NCBI GenBank assembly: GCA_965657565.1
Contig: CBFHPA010000005.1
Span: 7,456 to 71,455 of the forward strand
Length of the DNA stretch: 64,000 nt
Direction: 5' to 3'
From: Oceaniferula sp.
GTDB lineage: Bacteria; Verrucomicrobiota; Verrucomicrobiia; Verrucomicrobiales; Akkermansiaceae
Part shown: positions 1-9,922 of the stretch, piece by piece
Position numbering within the stretch: position 1 is the first letter of the stretch
How the letters are laid out: every line of letters starts with the position of its first letter
Translations under genes and position numbers: made by a program
The notes under the pieces: model-generated
Told to the model about the DNA's origin: nothing
Seen by the model: the letters and a program-made list of their open reading frames with translations, nothing else
The model's database searches: none

Positions 1-923
1 GGTTTCTGAGTCAAGAGCTCTGGGGTAGGGAGTTGCACAGGTTTGTTTTTGACGGGGCGGTCCAGATTGGCATTGAGCATCTTCTGGGTGACGGTTTTTG
101 ATGGTACGCCTCCCTCGGGTACTTCCGCACGGGCCAGCCAGACGATGGCGTTGAGAACGAGTTTGCGGAAGTCATCGATGGCCCAGTTGCGGTGGTAGTG
201 GCCACCGACAAAGCCAACACCACGACCGCCGTCTTCAGGTTTGGGGTCACGGCACCACATGAGGGCTTGCTCTGTGCCAAAGCATTTCTCGCCGTGTTCA
301 TTCCAGAGGTTGATGTAACGAATAGTTTTTTCTGGTGTGGGTATTGCTGTTGCTAAAGAGTGGCAGCAATCGCACTCATCCTCCGTTGGGAAGCGCATGT
401 TGTAGTAAAACTCGTCATAGGCGGTGATAGGTTTTTCCAAGCCAAAGGATACGGGATGGCCATCTCTGGCAGTCATGTCTGCGATCCAGTGTGGGTTGAC
501 TGACCAACCAGTCTCCATGAATCCTCCGATCCATGGTTTGAAGTATTTCTCTCCAACATCTTTCGAGGGGTGAACTCCGTAGTGCATGAACATGATGCCC
601 ATGCCGGATTTGACTTTTTGATCGAGAAACTCAACTTTGCTGCCTAGGCGGCCACCGGCATCGGCATAGATGATGCAGGCGTCGACCCCTTCGAAAATAG
701 ATTCGTCTTTGGGCCAGCCATACCAATGAACTTTGGCCTCTACTTCGAGACCACTCTCATTTAGAGCGTCGGCAAGAAGCATGCAGCCTGCACGGAATTC
801 ATGTTCACCATTGGCGTGGCTGGGCGGTCCTGCGAGAAAGAGAATTTTTTTCTTAGCCTGAACCGGTGCAAGGCAGAGTAAAACAGCGATGATGAAGTAT
901 GTGAAGCGTGTAAGGTGTCTCAT
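1..923 (-). CDS. ThuA-like (GATase1-like fold) secreted protein; C-terminus lies beyond the window edge
   Basis: Absent from the ORF track because there is no stop in the window. My reverse-complement translation from the ATG at 923..921 stays open to position 1: MRHLTRFTYFIIAVLLCLAPVQAKKKILFLAGPPSHANGEHEFRAG...GFVGGHYHRNWAIDDFRKLVLNAIVWLARAEVP. It has a signal peptide and ThuA-type LAG..SH..GEHE and HY..NW motifs. Confidence 0.6.
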   Translation of the reverse strand, partial: MRHLTRFTYFIIAVLLCLAPVQAKKKILFLAGPPSHANGEHEFRAGCMLLADALNESGLEVEAKVHWYGWPKDESIFEGVDACIIYADAGGRLGSKVEFLDQKVKSGMGIMFMHYGVHPSKDVGEKYFKPWIGGFMETGWSVNPHWIADMTARDGHPVSFGLEKPITAYDEFYYNMRFPTEDECDCCHSLATAIPTPEKTIRYINLWNEHGEKCFGTEQALMWCRDPKPEDGGRGVGFVGGHYHRNWAIDDFRKLVLNAIVWLARAEVPEGGVPSKTVTQKMLNANLDRPVKNKPVQLPTPELLTQK

Positions 924-1045
924 GTCTGATAGAAGTTATACGCTACTACTAAACAGTGATATTTCAAGAATAGTGGCGCAAAAATGACGCCTCATAGATG
1001 CGGGGTAGCGCATATGGGGGGTGTCTGTCGGTAGCCAATAAGACA

Positions 1046-1065
1046 GGCGACCCCGCGGGATCGCC
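1046..1065 (-). terminator. Possible intrinsic terminator downstream of rpoD
   Basis: GC-rich palindrome ggcgaccccgcgggatcgcc lies 69 nt past the rpoD stop. On the minus strand it is followed by tgtcttatt, a weak U tract. Confidence 0.35.
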
Positions 1066-1133
1066 TGAATGATGTATTGATAAGGCTCGCTCGGCCCATT
1101 CGTTGTTTTGCTAATATCTGGCCTAGGCTAAAT

Positions 1134-3152
1134 TTAGGGCAGGTTTGGTAGCTCGATAAAGCCTTCCAGTTTGCGAATACGGGTGGGGTGTCGCATTTTA
1201 CGAAGTGCTTTGGCTTCGATTTGGCGAATACGCTCACGGGTGACTTGAAATTGACGACCAACTTCTTCTAGTGTGCGGGAGTAGCCGTCTTTGAGGCCAA
1301 AGCGTTGTTCGAGAACTTCACGCTCACGCTCGGTAAGTGTGTCTAGCACGTCACCGATTTTCTCCTTGAGCATGGCAAAGCCTGCTTCTTCCATGGGGTT
1401 TTCAGCGGCCTTGTCCTCGATGAAGTCACCAAATGATGTGTCATCGGAGTCACCAACAGGTGCTTGAAGAGAGATAGGCTGCTGAGCCATCTTGAGGACA
1501 GCGCGAACACGCTCAACCGGGAGGTGGATTTCCTCTGCGATTTCGTCAGGGCTGGGCTCACGACCATATTCCTGAACGAGTTGCTTCTGAACACGCATCA
1601 ACTTGTTGATCGTCTCGATCATGTGAACTGGGATACGGATAGTCCGTGCCTGGTCAGCGATGGAACGGGTGATTGCCTGGCGAATCCACCATGTTGCGTA
1701 GGTGGAGAATTTGTAACCGCGGCGGTATTCGAATTTTTCCACGGCCTTCATGAGGCCCATATTGCCTTCCTGAATGAGATCAAGGAATGAGAGACCTCGG
1801 TTTGTGTATTTCTTGGCAATAGAAATAACGAGACGTAAGTTAGCCTCAACCATTTCCGTCTTTGCCTGGTAGGCTTCACGCGTGCGTTTGCGAAGGTTTT
1901 TACGGCATGTGGCAAAGTCGTCGACCTTGTGCCAAGCCAATTGCTGAAGCTCACGAATCTTTGTCTCGAATTCTTTGTCGCCGGGTTTGGCCTTGAGCTT
2001 ACGATCATACTTCCAGATCTTTTTCTGATTGCTCTCGACCTCTGCATTGAAGTCTTCGACAACTTTCTGTTTGTAGTAGAATCGGTTATAGAGGCGAGCG
2101 ATTGAGGTAAGGTTTTTGTCGAAGCTTTCGGTTAGCTTTTTCTTGCCGCGAGGGTTCTTGGCCTGCAACTTGCGGAATATCTGATCGTTATCCTCGTGGA
2201 GGTTGCGAACTTGTTCACAAAGCTTTGGTAAGGCACGCATGTAGCGTTCACGACTTTCGATCTTTTTGTCTTGAATGACTCGGTCAAAACGCTCTTTGCC
2301 ACGCGTCAGTCTGTCAGCTAGGTCGAGGTAGCAGGTAGCTACATAACCAAACTTATGTAGTTCAGTATTTGCCGCTATTTCAGCGTCTTCAATGCGTTTT
2401 GAAATTTCAACTTCTTGCTCACGAGTTAGCAGGGGAACTTGGCCCATTTGCTTAAGATACATTCTTACCGGATCATCGAGGATGTCGAGTTTCTGGTCGG
2501 CTTTGGTCGCGTTGACGGCATCGCCTTCTTTTTTGCGGTCGCGGTAGGAATCCACCTCAGAGGCATCAATGATGTCGAATTCCATCTTGCGGAGACGGTC
2601 GAGGATCGCCTCTACGTCACCTGGGTCGACAAGGTCATTTGGCAGAACCTCGTTGACATCATCGTAGGTCAGGTATTCTTGCTCTTTGGCAAGTTTAATG
2701 AGCTCACGGATTTTTTCCTGAATTTCAGGTGTGTCGATCCTGCTTTTGGGAGCTTTTTTAGCAGCTTTCTTAGGGCTGCTTTTCTTGACCTTGGGTTCTG
2801 CTTTTTTTGCGACTGCTTTCGTGTTGTTTTTGGTCGCTTTTTTTGTGGCCTTCTTGGTGACCTTTTTGGTCGCTTTTTTAACCGGCTTTTTGGCAGTTTT
2901 CGCCACTTTTTTAACAGCCTTTTTGGTCACTTTTTTGGCGGTTTTCTTAGTCGCTTTTTTAGCGGTTTTCTTGATTGCCTTCTTCGTTGTTTTTTTGGCG
3001 CTCTTTTTTGCGACTTTCTTAGCTGGTTTCTTAGCAGTCTTTTTAGCTACTTTTTTGGTGGTCTTTTTAACCACTTTCTTAGCAGGTTTTTTGACTGCTT
3101 TCTTAGCTGGTTTTTTGGTCGCTTTTTTAGCTGCTGCTTTTTTCTTAGCCAT
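1134..3152 (-). CDS. rpoD: RNA polymerase primary sigma factor (sigma-70) with a long Lys/Ala-rich N-terminal extension
   Basis: 672 aa. Carries region 1.1 ([24 protein letters not shown]), region 2 ([32 protein letters not shown]), and regions 3 and 4 ([30 protein letters not shown]). Confidence 0.95.
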   Translation of the reverse strand: MAKKKAAAKKATKKPAKKAVKKPAKKVVKKTTKKVAKKTAKKPAKKVAKKSAKKTTKKAIKKTAKKATKKTAKKVTKKAVKKVAKTAKKPVKKATKKVTKKATKKATKNNTKAVAKKAEPKVKKSSPKKAAKKAPKSRIDTPEIQEKIRELIKLAKEQEYLTYDDVNEVLPNDLVDPGDVEAILDRLRKMEFDIIDASEVDSYRDRKKEGDAVNATKADQKLDILDDPVRMYLKQMGQVPLLTREQEVEISKRIEDAEIAANTELHKFGYVATCYLDLADRLTRGKERFDRVIQDKKIESRERYMRALPKLCEQVRNLHEDNDQIFRKLQAKNPRGKKKLTESFDKNLTSIARLYNRFYYKQKVVEDFNAEVESNQKKIWKYDRKLKAKPGDKEFETKIRELQQLAWHKVDDFATCRKNLRKRTREAYQAKTEMVEANLRLVISIAKKYTNRGLSFLDLIQEGNMGLMKAVEKFEYRRGYKFSTYATWWIRQAITRSIADQARTIRIPVHMIETINKLMRVQKQLVQEYGREPSPDEIAEEIHLPVERVRAVLKMAQQPISLQAPVGDSDDTSFGDFIEDKAAENPMEEAGFAMLKEKIGDVLDTLTEREREVLEQRFGLKDGYSRTLEEVGRQFQVTRERIRQIEAKALRKMRHPTRIRKLEGFIELPNLP
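2742..3152 (-). repeat. Degenerate 12-nt-period coding repeat encoding about 30 xKKx tetrapeptides (N-terminal tail of RpoD)
   Basis: Protein residues 1 to about 137 read [37 protein letters not shown]... The DNA shows reiterated ttttttagc, cttagc and ggtcgcttttt units. Confidence 0.8.
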
Positions 3153-3370
3153 AGGATTAAGTTGAGTGAGGAGGGGGAATTATCTGTTTGGATACAATTC
3201 TCCCATTGTAGGGTGCAGGCGTGGTGCACTGGAGAAGGGCGTGAATCTCAATGACATGGCATGATTGGTCAAGGGAAAACTTAGCCTAAAAGTCCCTTTT
3301 CTTTTGGGTTTGCGGGGATTCGGTGAGGCTTGTTGATGACGATTTTAGACCTCGTCATTATCAAAAAATA

Positions 3371-4648
3371 CTATTCTCTAACTCGCTCAATATTGGCGCC
3401 AAGCATGATGAGCTTGTCGTCGATGTTTTCGTAACCACGGTCGATGTGGTAAAGACGATTAATTTCTGTGGTTCCCTCCGAACGCAATCCCGAGAGGACG
3501 AGGGCTGCAGAGGCCCTTAGGTCAGATGCCATCACAGGAGCTCCAGACATCCTGTCAGAGCCTTGTATTATAGCTGTGCCATTATCGACTTTGATGTCCG
3601 CACCCATACGAGTCATTTCGGCACAGTGCATGAAGCGTTGCGGAAAAATGGTGTCCTCGACGACAGATATTCCTGGGGTAACTGCGAAAAGTGAGGTGAA
3701 TTGAGCCTGCATGTCAGTCGGGAAGCCAGGAAATGGTGCAGTGACGATGTTTGCTCCCTTGGGCTCTTTGCCCGGTTTTACAGTGCAGCTGGTGCCAGTC
3801 TCGTTGAATTGGACGCTGTGGCCAGATTCGATGAGTTTCTCTGACGAAGGTTTTAGATCTTGCTCGCAGACGCGGTGTAATGTGACGCCGTTTTCTGGGC
3901 AGCCTGCCATAGCTGCAGCCACCATGAATGTTCCGGCTTCGATACGGTCAGGAATCACTGTGTGCTCAACACCATTGAGCTTATCTACTCCCTCAATGGT
4001 GATACGGCGGGTACCGGCCCCGATAATTTTGGCTCCCATTTTGTTTAGGAAATTGGCAAGATCAACGACCTCTGGCTCACAGGCAGCAGACTCGATAATG
4101 GTGGTTCCTTCCGCGAGGACTGCTGCCATCATGAGGTTGTCGGTGCCCAAGACAGTTGGGCCGTGCTTGCCACGTAAATCCACTTCTTTGCCATGAAGTC
4201 CCGCAGGAGCCTGCATGATCATATTGCCGCCTTCCATGTTGATGTCAGCACCGATACCCTCGAGACCTTTGAGGTGAAGGTCGACCGGCCTATCACCAAT
4301 GACACAACCTCCGGGAAGAGAGACGCTGGCTTTGTGCAGTCGAGCCAGTAATGGGCCCATTACGCAGATGGAGGCCCGCATTTTACGTACGATTTCGTAA
4401 GGGGCGTTGTGATCAATGTTGGCTGCGGTAATGCGAACGGTGCCACTTGATCGCTCAACTTCCGCACCCAATGCAGTGAGGATTTGAAGCATGTAGTTGG
4501 TATCTGAGACATCGGGGACTCTGCGAATAATGCAGGTCTGATCCGTTAGTAGAGTGGCGGCAAGAATTGGCAGTGAGGCATTCTTGGAGCCAGATATGTG
4601 AACAGATCCTTTGATGACAGATCCGCCGTGTACGAGAAGTTTGTCCAT
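3371..4648 (-). CDS. murA: UDP-N-acetylglucosamine 1-carboxyvinyltransferase
   Basis: 425 aa. N-terminus MDKLLVHGGSVIKGSVHISGSKNASLPILAA; active-site loop LPGGCVIGDRPVDLHLKGL; C-terminus RLYHIDRGYENIDDKL. Confidence 0.95.
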   Translation of the reverse strand: MDKLLVHGGSVIKGSVHISGSKNASLPILAATLLTDQTCIIRRVPDVSDTNYMLQILTALGAEVERSSGTVRITAANIDHNAPYEIVRKMRASICVMGPLLARLHKASVSLPGGCVIGDRPVDLHLKGLEGIGADINMEGGNMIMQAPAGLHGKEVDLRGKHGPTVLGTDNLMMAAVLAEGTTIIESAACEPEVVDLANFLNKMGAKIIGAGTRRITIEGVDKLNGVEHTVIPDRIEAGTFMVAAAMAGCPENGVTLHRVCEQDLKPSSEKLIESGHSVQFNETGTSCTVKPGKEPKGANIVTAPFPGFPTDMQAQFTSLFAVTPGISVVEDTIFPQRFMHCAEMTRMGADIKVDNGTAIIQGSDRMSGAPVMASDLRASAALVLSGLRSEGTTEINRLYHIDRGYENIDDKLIMLGANIERVRE

Positions 4649-4660
4649 ATGGGCGTTGCG

Positions 4661-5596
4661 TTATGAGTGGTCCACGCCAGGGGATTGATTGGCGGGCTGC
4701 TCTGGTTGATTTTCTTCGGTCTCAGCAGGTGGATTGACTGGTGGTGGTGATCCTGGGATTTTAGCGATAGGGAATCTGGCTACGCCATTGAGGTCGTGGT
4801 GTGTTTTAATATCAATAAATTCATTGTCACGGAGCATCTCCTCTACTGCATTAGCTTGATCGTAGCCAATTTCCAAAGCCACGATGCCACCTGGATGAAG
4901 GTGGTGAGGGGCTTGCTTAATGAAATCGCGCAGGATGTCCAGCCCATCTTTGCCTCCATAGAGTGCAAGCGCAGGGTCATTTTGGACTTCGGCGGACAGG
5001 CTTTCTTCTTCAGAGTCTGGAATGTAGGGTAGGTTTGCGGTGATGAGATGGAATTTACGACCTTCTATTGTAGAAAAGAGATCAGACCATAATAGTTCAA
5101 TTCGGCCGAGTCCAAGAAGTGTTGTGTTTTCCTCTGCCAGTGAGAGTGCATCATGTGAAATGTCGGAGAGTGTTGCTGCGTGGCACTTCCCGCCAAGTTC
5201 CGCCGCTAAGCTCAAACCAAGCACGCCACTGCCAGTGCCTATATCAAGCAGGTTTAGGCTAGGAGGCAGTTCTAAATTAAGAATGATGGAGACGAGTTCT
5301 TCAGTTTCTGGGCGTGGGATCAGTGCGCGCGAGTCGGTTTTGAATTCGCGTCGGTAAAACTCGACGCTGCCTAGGATGTGTTGCAGAGGTTCACCGCTGG
5401 CGCGTCGTTTGAGTTTTTCTCGAAGAGGGGTGAGCTCATCTTCGGTCATCGGCCTATCAAATTGCATGTAGAGCTCAACCTTAGAGCAGCCAAGCTGGTG
5501 GGTAACTAGCAGCTGCATATTACGACGTGCGTCATCGATGCCCTTACTTTCCAAGTAAGCGGTGCCTTTTTCAATGGAGTCGAGGACGGAGGTCAT
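4661..5596 (-). CDS. prmC: Peptide chain release factor N5-glutamine methyltransferase (HemK/PrmC family)
   Basis: 311 aa. SAM-binding motif LLDIGTGSGVLGL, substrate motif ITANLPYIP (a variant of NPPY), and LILRPETE-type LIPRPETEEL. Confidence 0.85.
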   Translation of the reverse strand: MTSVLDSIEKGTAYLESKGIDDARRNMQLLVTHQLGCSKVELYMQFDRPMTEDELTPLREKLKRRASGEPLQHILGSVEFYRREFKTDSRALIPRPETEELVSIILNLELPPSLNLLDIGTGSGVLGLSLAAELGGKCHAATLSDISHDALSLAEENTTLLGLGRIELLWSDLFSTIEGRKFHLITANLPYIPDSEEESLSAEVQNDPALALYGGKDGLDILRDFIKQAPHHLHPGGIVALEIGYDQANAVEEMLRDNEFIDIKTHHDLNGVARFPIAKIPGSPPPVNPPAETEENQPEQPANQSPGVDHS

Positions 5597-5622
5597 GGCT
5601 TGTGATGATTTGATTGCACGTG

Positions 5623-6153
5623 CTAAATCAATATCGGCTTTGTTTTTTGAGGGAAGTCAACTTCGGAAGGAGGCCCAGGGAAGTGTTCTTCAATGTAGTT
5701 GTCCCAAAATTTGCGGGTTTCATCTGAGATGGTTGCGGCGATTTTTGTTTCGCAGTCATCACAGATGAGAAGGGGGAAGGGTCCTTTAATGAGGTGGTCA
5801 GCGGTGAACATGGCGCCAAGGGTGAAGCTCTTTGCTTCTGAACGAGGCTTGTCACAGGTTACACAAGTTTCAATGTATGCTTCTGTTTTGGAGTCATGGG
5901 AGAGTTTTTTAAGGCGTGCTTCCATGTCGGCGTTGTCATGCATGAAGTCAAACATGGCGACGCGTGAATTTTCTGAGAGCTGCTCATTCATTCGCTCTCT
6001 GCAGGGTAAACACATGGCAAATTCAAAGACACATTCGTCACCAACGAATGATTGGTTGATGATATACATTTCTGCATCATGTAGCTGGCAGCCGCAGTCA
6101 CAGCATTCGGTGAATGCTTGATCGGTCTCGTATGAATGGAATGTGGTGATCAC
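5623..6153 (-). CDS. Hypothetical Cys-rich protein (four CxxC-type pairs)
   Basis: 176-aa ORF filling the gap between xthA and prmC on the same strand. Motifs CCDCGC, CLPC, CVTC and CDDC. No family recognised. Confidence 0.5.
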   Translation of the reverse strand: MITTFHSYETDQAFTECCDCGCQLHDAEMYIINQSFVGDECVFEFAMCLPCRERMNEQLSENSRVAMFDFMHDNADMEARLKKLSHDSKTEAYIETCVTCDKPRSEAKSFTLGAMFTADHLIKGPFPLLICDDCETKIAATISDETRKFWDNYIEEHFPGPPSEVDFPQKTKPILI

Positions 6154-6174
6154 CTCAGTTGTGGTGCCCTTTTA

Positions 6175-6933
6175 TCAGGATGTTTCAAGTGTGACGGGGC
6201 AGTGGTCAGAGCCGAGTACTTGTGAGAGTATTCCTGCTGCTTCGACGCGATCTATGAATGCCTCGGATACGCAAAAGTAATCCAGACGCCAGCCGATGTT
6301 CTTGCCTCGTGCTCCTGCTCGGTAGCTCCACCATGAGTAGGCATCAGTTTGGTCAGGCTGAAAGTGGCGGAATGTATCGATGAAGCCTTGATCTGTTATG
6401 GAGTCAAAGTTAGCCCGTTCTTCATCAGAAAAGCCTGCGGAGTTTCGATTTTGCTTGGGTCGCGCGAGGTCAATTTCACGGTGTGCGACGTTAAGGTCCC
6501 CGCAGAAAATGACGGGTTTGCTCTGTTCTAAATCCTTGCAGTATTTGAGGAAGTCGGCATCCCATTGCTGGCGGTAGGGCAGTCTGCGTAGCTCGTTTTG
6601 CGAATTGGGTGTGTATACTGTGACGAGGTGGAAGTCGTCAAACTCGGCTGTGATAACGCGACCTTCAGTGTCGTGTTCATCAATGCCAATACCATAGCTG
6701 ACGGCTATTGGTTCATATTTGGAGAAGATCGCTGTGCCAGAGTAGCCAGGTTTTTCTGCCGCGTTCCAGTAGGTCTTGTAGCCAGCAAGCTCCAATGGTA
6801 AGTCGACCTGTTCTGCCCTCGCTTTGGTTTCTTGTAGGCAAAGAATGTCAGGTTGATGTTCACTGATGAACTCAGCGAAGTTTTTTTTGATGACGGCACG
6901 AATGCCGTTCACATTCCAAGAGATGAGTTTCAT
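6175..6933 (-). CDS. xthA: Exodeoxyribonuclease III (AP endonuclease)
   Basis: 252 aa. [27 protein letters not shown], and the C-terminal SDHCPV motif. Confidence 0.9.
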   Translation of the reverse strand: MKLISWNVNGIRAVIKKNFAEFISEHQPDILCLQETKARAEQVDLPLELAGYKTYWNAAEKPGYSGTAIFSKYEPIAVSYGIGIDEHDTEGRVITAEFDDFHLVTVYTPNSQNELRRLPYRQQWDADFLKYCKDLEQSKPVIFCGDLNVAHREIDLARPKQNRNSAGFSDEERANFDSITDQGFIDTFRHFQPDQTDAYSWWSYRAGARGKNIGWRLDYFCVSEAFIDRVEAAGILSQVLGSDHCPVTLETS

Positions 6934-6953
6934 AAAAAAAGGGGGGTAGGAGG

Positions 6954-7301
6954 TTAGCCGGGCGGCCAGTTGAGTTTGCGCCCGGCAAGAATGTGAAGAT
7001 GTAGATGGGGGACTTCCTCTCCACCGTCTTTACCATTATTGATGACTGTTCGAAAGCCGGCTTCAGCAAAGCCTTCCTGTCGAGAAACTTTATTAGCGAT
7101 AAGGAGAAGGTGGCCCAGTATTTCTTTATCATTACTATCAGTTTCGGAAATTCGCGTGATGGGCTTGCGAGGCACAATCAACAGGTGGACTGGGGCCTGT
7201 GGGTTGATGTCTCTGAAGCAGATGCAGAGGTTGTCTTCATAGACAATGTCCGCTGGTATCTCGCGGTCTGCGATTTTTTCAAAAAGAGTTTTATCGGGCA
7301 T
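6954..7301 (-). CDS. HIT-family (histidine triad) nucleotide-binding protein
   Basis: 115 aa. [18 protein letters not shown] and histidine triad VPHLHLHIL. Confidence 0.85.
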   Translation of the reverse strand: MPDKTLFEKIADREIPADIVYEDNLCICFRDINPQAPVHLLIVPRKPITRISETDSNDKEILGHLLLIANKVSRQEGFAEAGFRTVINNGKDGGEEVPHLHLHILAGRKLNWPPG

Positions 7302-7307
7302 GCTTTT

Positions 7308-7919
7308 TTACTGTGTTAAGTTGAGCCTGATTTCTCTCTGATTGGGTAGTGTCGAGTGACCGTGTGTTTTAAGAAAGTCGAGAATTTCGACATGGAGTTG
7401 CTCGCAGGGATTAGTCCAGCGCTCTACTCCACGCAGGACTTTGACGCAGTCACGGGTGCCGGTGAAGTAGAGCTCTTCAACACCGTGTATGCGAAGGTCT
7501 TCTATTTCATCATGAATGTTGTTAAAGAATGCGAGCTCGAAGCCGTTACCAGCTTCTTTGGCCGCCCGCATCAGCGATAAAGTTACTGGTGGGGAGATGA
7601 GAGGTAGCGTGCTTGCAATAGCTTCACATCCTATGCGTTCAAGCATTCTTCGCACGCGTGAATGAAGCTCTTCGATGGTGAGAACACGCAGAGAACATTT
7701 GTTTTCCAGATAATGAATGATGCCTTCCATGAGGTCATCAATGAAGGGGAAGTCTTCTCTCTCAGCTGCTGTAGCTCCCCTGATGATGGTCTCGCGTAGC
7801 CAAGAAGTATCGTAGCCGGTCACTTGATGGCGACCTACTTGCAAGACTGGGCGATTGCCGACAAGGCATATCATAGGTGATGGAAGTATGGATGAGTTGA
7901 CCGCATGATGATAAACCAA
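7308..7919 (-). CDS. Hypothetical protein
   Basis: 203-aa ORF lying between nrdR and the HIT gene on the same strand, with 6-bp and 23-bp gaps. No motif recognised. The start could instead be the internal Met at MICLVGN. Confidence 0.5.
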   Translation of the reverse strand: MVYHHAVNSSILPSPMICLVGNRPVLQVGRHQVTGYDTSWLRETIIRGATAAEREDFPFIDDLMEGIIHYLENKCSLRVLTIEELHSRVRRMLERIGCEAIASTLPLISPPVTLSLMRAAKEAGNGFELAFFNNIHDEIEDLRIHGVEELYFTGTRDCVKVLRGVERWTNPCEQLHVEILDFLKTHGHSTLPNQREIRLNLTQ

Positions 7920-7942
7920 GAGCTGGTAGGGTTGGGTAAGGG

Positions 7943-8434
7943 CTACTCTTTAAAGAGTTTACGCTGATATGGATCTCTAGAGGAACGGCGTTCGAGAGCC
8001 TGAATTTCGCGAATAAACTCGCCGACATCTTCAAATTGACGATAGACAGATACGTAACGAACGTAGGCTACAGGATCAATATCATGTAACTTGGTCATGA
8101 CTTTGGGCCCGATACTACTTGAGGGAACTTCAGAGAGGTGGTCTTTGTGGAGCTCGGTTAGGATTTCTTCGACGGCACGATCAAGTCGATCCATGTGAAC
8201 GGGGCGTTTCTCGCAAGCTTTGACGAGGCCTCTGAATATTTTTTCGCGGTTGAGAGATTCACGTGTGCCATCACGTTTTACGACCTGAAGCTCGGTGCGC
8301 TCAATCTGCTCATAGGTGGTGTAACGATAATCACAAGCGAGGCAGACCCTGCGTCGGCGCGTGGTGGTTCCGTCTTTCGACATCCGCGAGTCGATGACTT
8401 TGTCTTTGAGAGATCCACACTGAATACAACGCAT
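7943..8434 (-). CDS. nrdR: Transcriptional repressor NrdR
   Basis: MRCIQCGSLKDKVIDSR...RRRVCLACDYRYTTYE zinc ribbon followed by an ATP-cone. Start placed at the ATG at 8434 (cat at 8432-8434). The 26-codon upstream extension in the ORF track does not look like NrdR. Confidence 0.9.
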   Translation of the reverse strand: MRCIQCGSLKDKVIDSRMSKDGTTTRRRRVCLACDYRYTTYEQIERTELQVVKRDGTRESLNREKIFRGLVKACEKRPVHMDRLDRAVEEILTELHKDHLSEVPSSSIGPKVMTKLHDIDPVAYVRYVSVYRQFEDVGEFIREIQALERRSSRDPYQRKLFKE

Positions 8435-8652
8435 AGTATAAGCAGCTTTTGTAGCTGATACGGCGAAGACTATGGTAGTATATGTTGTGGTATCAAAGAT
8501 AAAATCATACAATATTGTGTTGTTGCAGATGATTTTTAATGGGTCGGTAAAGTATTTTTTAAATACTTGGCGAGCTTGTCAAAATTGTAGGTGAAGGAAC
8601 AAAAAAACAGCCTGTTAGTGTGCTCGTTGTGAATAACTCTGAAATTATTTTA

Positions 8653-9768
8653 TCAGCTTTTTTTTGCGGGTGCTTTGATGATTCCCTCGGCGGTTTCTTT
8701 TTTCAGTCTCAGTTGGCCACATGCGGCGTTAATGTCGCCACCTTTCTCTAGCCTGAGTGTGGTATTGATGCCTTGATTTGCAATGATGTCACGAAATGCA
8801 ATGCAATGACTTTCGCTGGGCCTTCTCCATGTGAGGCCCTCAACGGTATTGTAGGGAATCAAATTAACCTTGGCATTGATGCCTTTGGCTCGCTTCGCCA
8901 ATATCGCGGCTTGCTCAAGGTCATCATTGACCCCTTCTATGAGTATGTATTCTAATGATATTTTTTGTTTCTTATGGGTTCGCCAGAAGTGGAGTGCCTC
9001 AAATAACTCATTAATGGGGTATTTTTTATTAATGGGCATGATCAGGTCGCGAACTTCGTCGGTGGCGCCGTGCAGCGAGATGGCTAATCTAATGGGGGCA
9101 GGGAACTCGGCAAGTTTACGTATTTGAGGTGCAAGGCCTGATGTCGATACGGTGATGCTCCTCGCTCCTATGTTAAGACCCCAATGACCAGTGATAACTT
9201 CTAGGGCTTTGGTGAGGTTTGTGAGGTTGGCGAGTGGTTCGCCCATACCCATGAATACTATGTTGTTAATAGCTTGGCCTGAAATTTTCTCTACCGAAAG
9301 CATTTGGCCAATAATCTCGGCGGCCATGAGGTTGCGAGTAAAGCCAGCGAGTCCAGATGCACAGAATTTGCAACCGTAAGCGCAGCCGACCTGGGATGAT
9401 ACGCAGATGGTTTTGCGTGATGATTGTTTGCCTTTGAGTCCGATTGAGGCAGGGATAAAGACAGTTTCGACATAGCGCCCGTCGTGGAGGCGGAACAAGA
9501 ACTTACGCGTGGTATCTGCAGCTCCCTTGGTCTCAATGTGTTGTAGCTGGTTGAGGTGGTGTGATTGAGATAGCTGCTCACGCAAGTCGGCAGGCAAGTT
9601 GCTCATCTCTTCGATGTCGCTGATGCGTTGCTTGTAGATCCACTCCATGGTTTGCTTTACGCGATAGGGCTTTTGTCCCATTTCGGCATAGAGGGCTTCC
9701 AAATCAGCGAGGGAGTATCCCAAGAGTGATGATGATTCTGGTTGCTTGGCTGGTTTCGTGTCGCTCAC
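8653..9768 (-). CDS. rlmN: 23S rRNA/tRNA adenine-C2 methyltransferase, radical SAM (RlmN)
   Basis: 371 aa. CVSSQVGCAYGCKFCASG radical-SAM cluster, GMGEPLAN, and C-terminal DINAACGQL. Confidence 0.9.
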   Translation of the reverse strand: MSDTKPAKQPESSSLLGYSLADLEALYAEMGQKPYRVKQTMEWIYKQRISDIEEMSNLPADLREQLSQSHHLNQLQHIETKGAADTTRKFLFRLHDGRYVETVFIPASIGLKGKQSSRKTICVSSQVGCAYGCKFCASGLAGFTRNLMAAEIIGQMLSVEKISGQAINNIVFMGMGEPLANLTNLTKALEVITGHWGLNIGARSITVSTSGLAPQIRKLAEFPAPIRLAISLHGATDEVRDLIMPINKKYPINELFEALHFWRTHKKQKISLEYILIEGVNDDLEQAAILAKRAKGINAKVNLIPYNTVEGLTWRRPSESHCIAFRDIIANQGINTTLRLEKGGDINAACGQLRLKKETAEGIIKAPAKKS

Positions 9769-9922
9769 GTTGGGCTTTTAGCATGAATTTAAGGAATGGC
9801 ACGGATGTTTTACCTTTGTCTTGCTGGTGGTGGTGAATGACTAATTCAGAGGTGAATCGGGCTTGATTATAGTGCGATTTCATTGATGCTGTGGATGTCG
9901 ATCAACTATTATTAAATCTGTC

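Noticed and set aside
2439-3254. Long plus-strand ORFs (271 aa and 144 aa, Phe/Leu-rich) across the rpoD 5-prime region
   Set aside because: They are the antisense reading of the Lys-codon repeat (AAG/AAA gives CTT/TTT). The composition is implausible and they overlap a confidently identified rpoD.
8435-8512. N-terminal extensions offered by the longest-ORF track: nrdR here, and likewise the Rrf2 gene to 14459, IF-1-like to 15580, MTHFS to 29043, E1-beta from 34435, and guaB from 49472
   Set aside because: In each case a downstream start reproduces the canonical family N-terminus. The extension is hydrophobic or odd, or it overlaps the neighbouring gene.
8551-8569. Perfect 8-bp AT-rich palindrome aagtattt-ttt-aaatactt between rlmN and nrdR, considered as a possible operator or terminator
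   Set aside because: The stem is all A/T except for one G-C pair, with no adjoining U tract on either strand and no resemblance to the NrdR box that I can assert. This is insufficient evidence.
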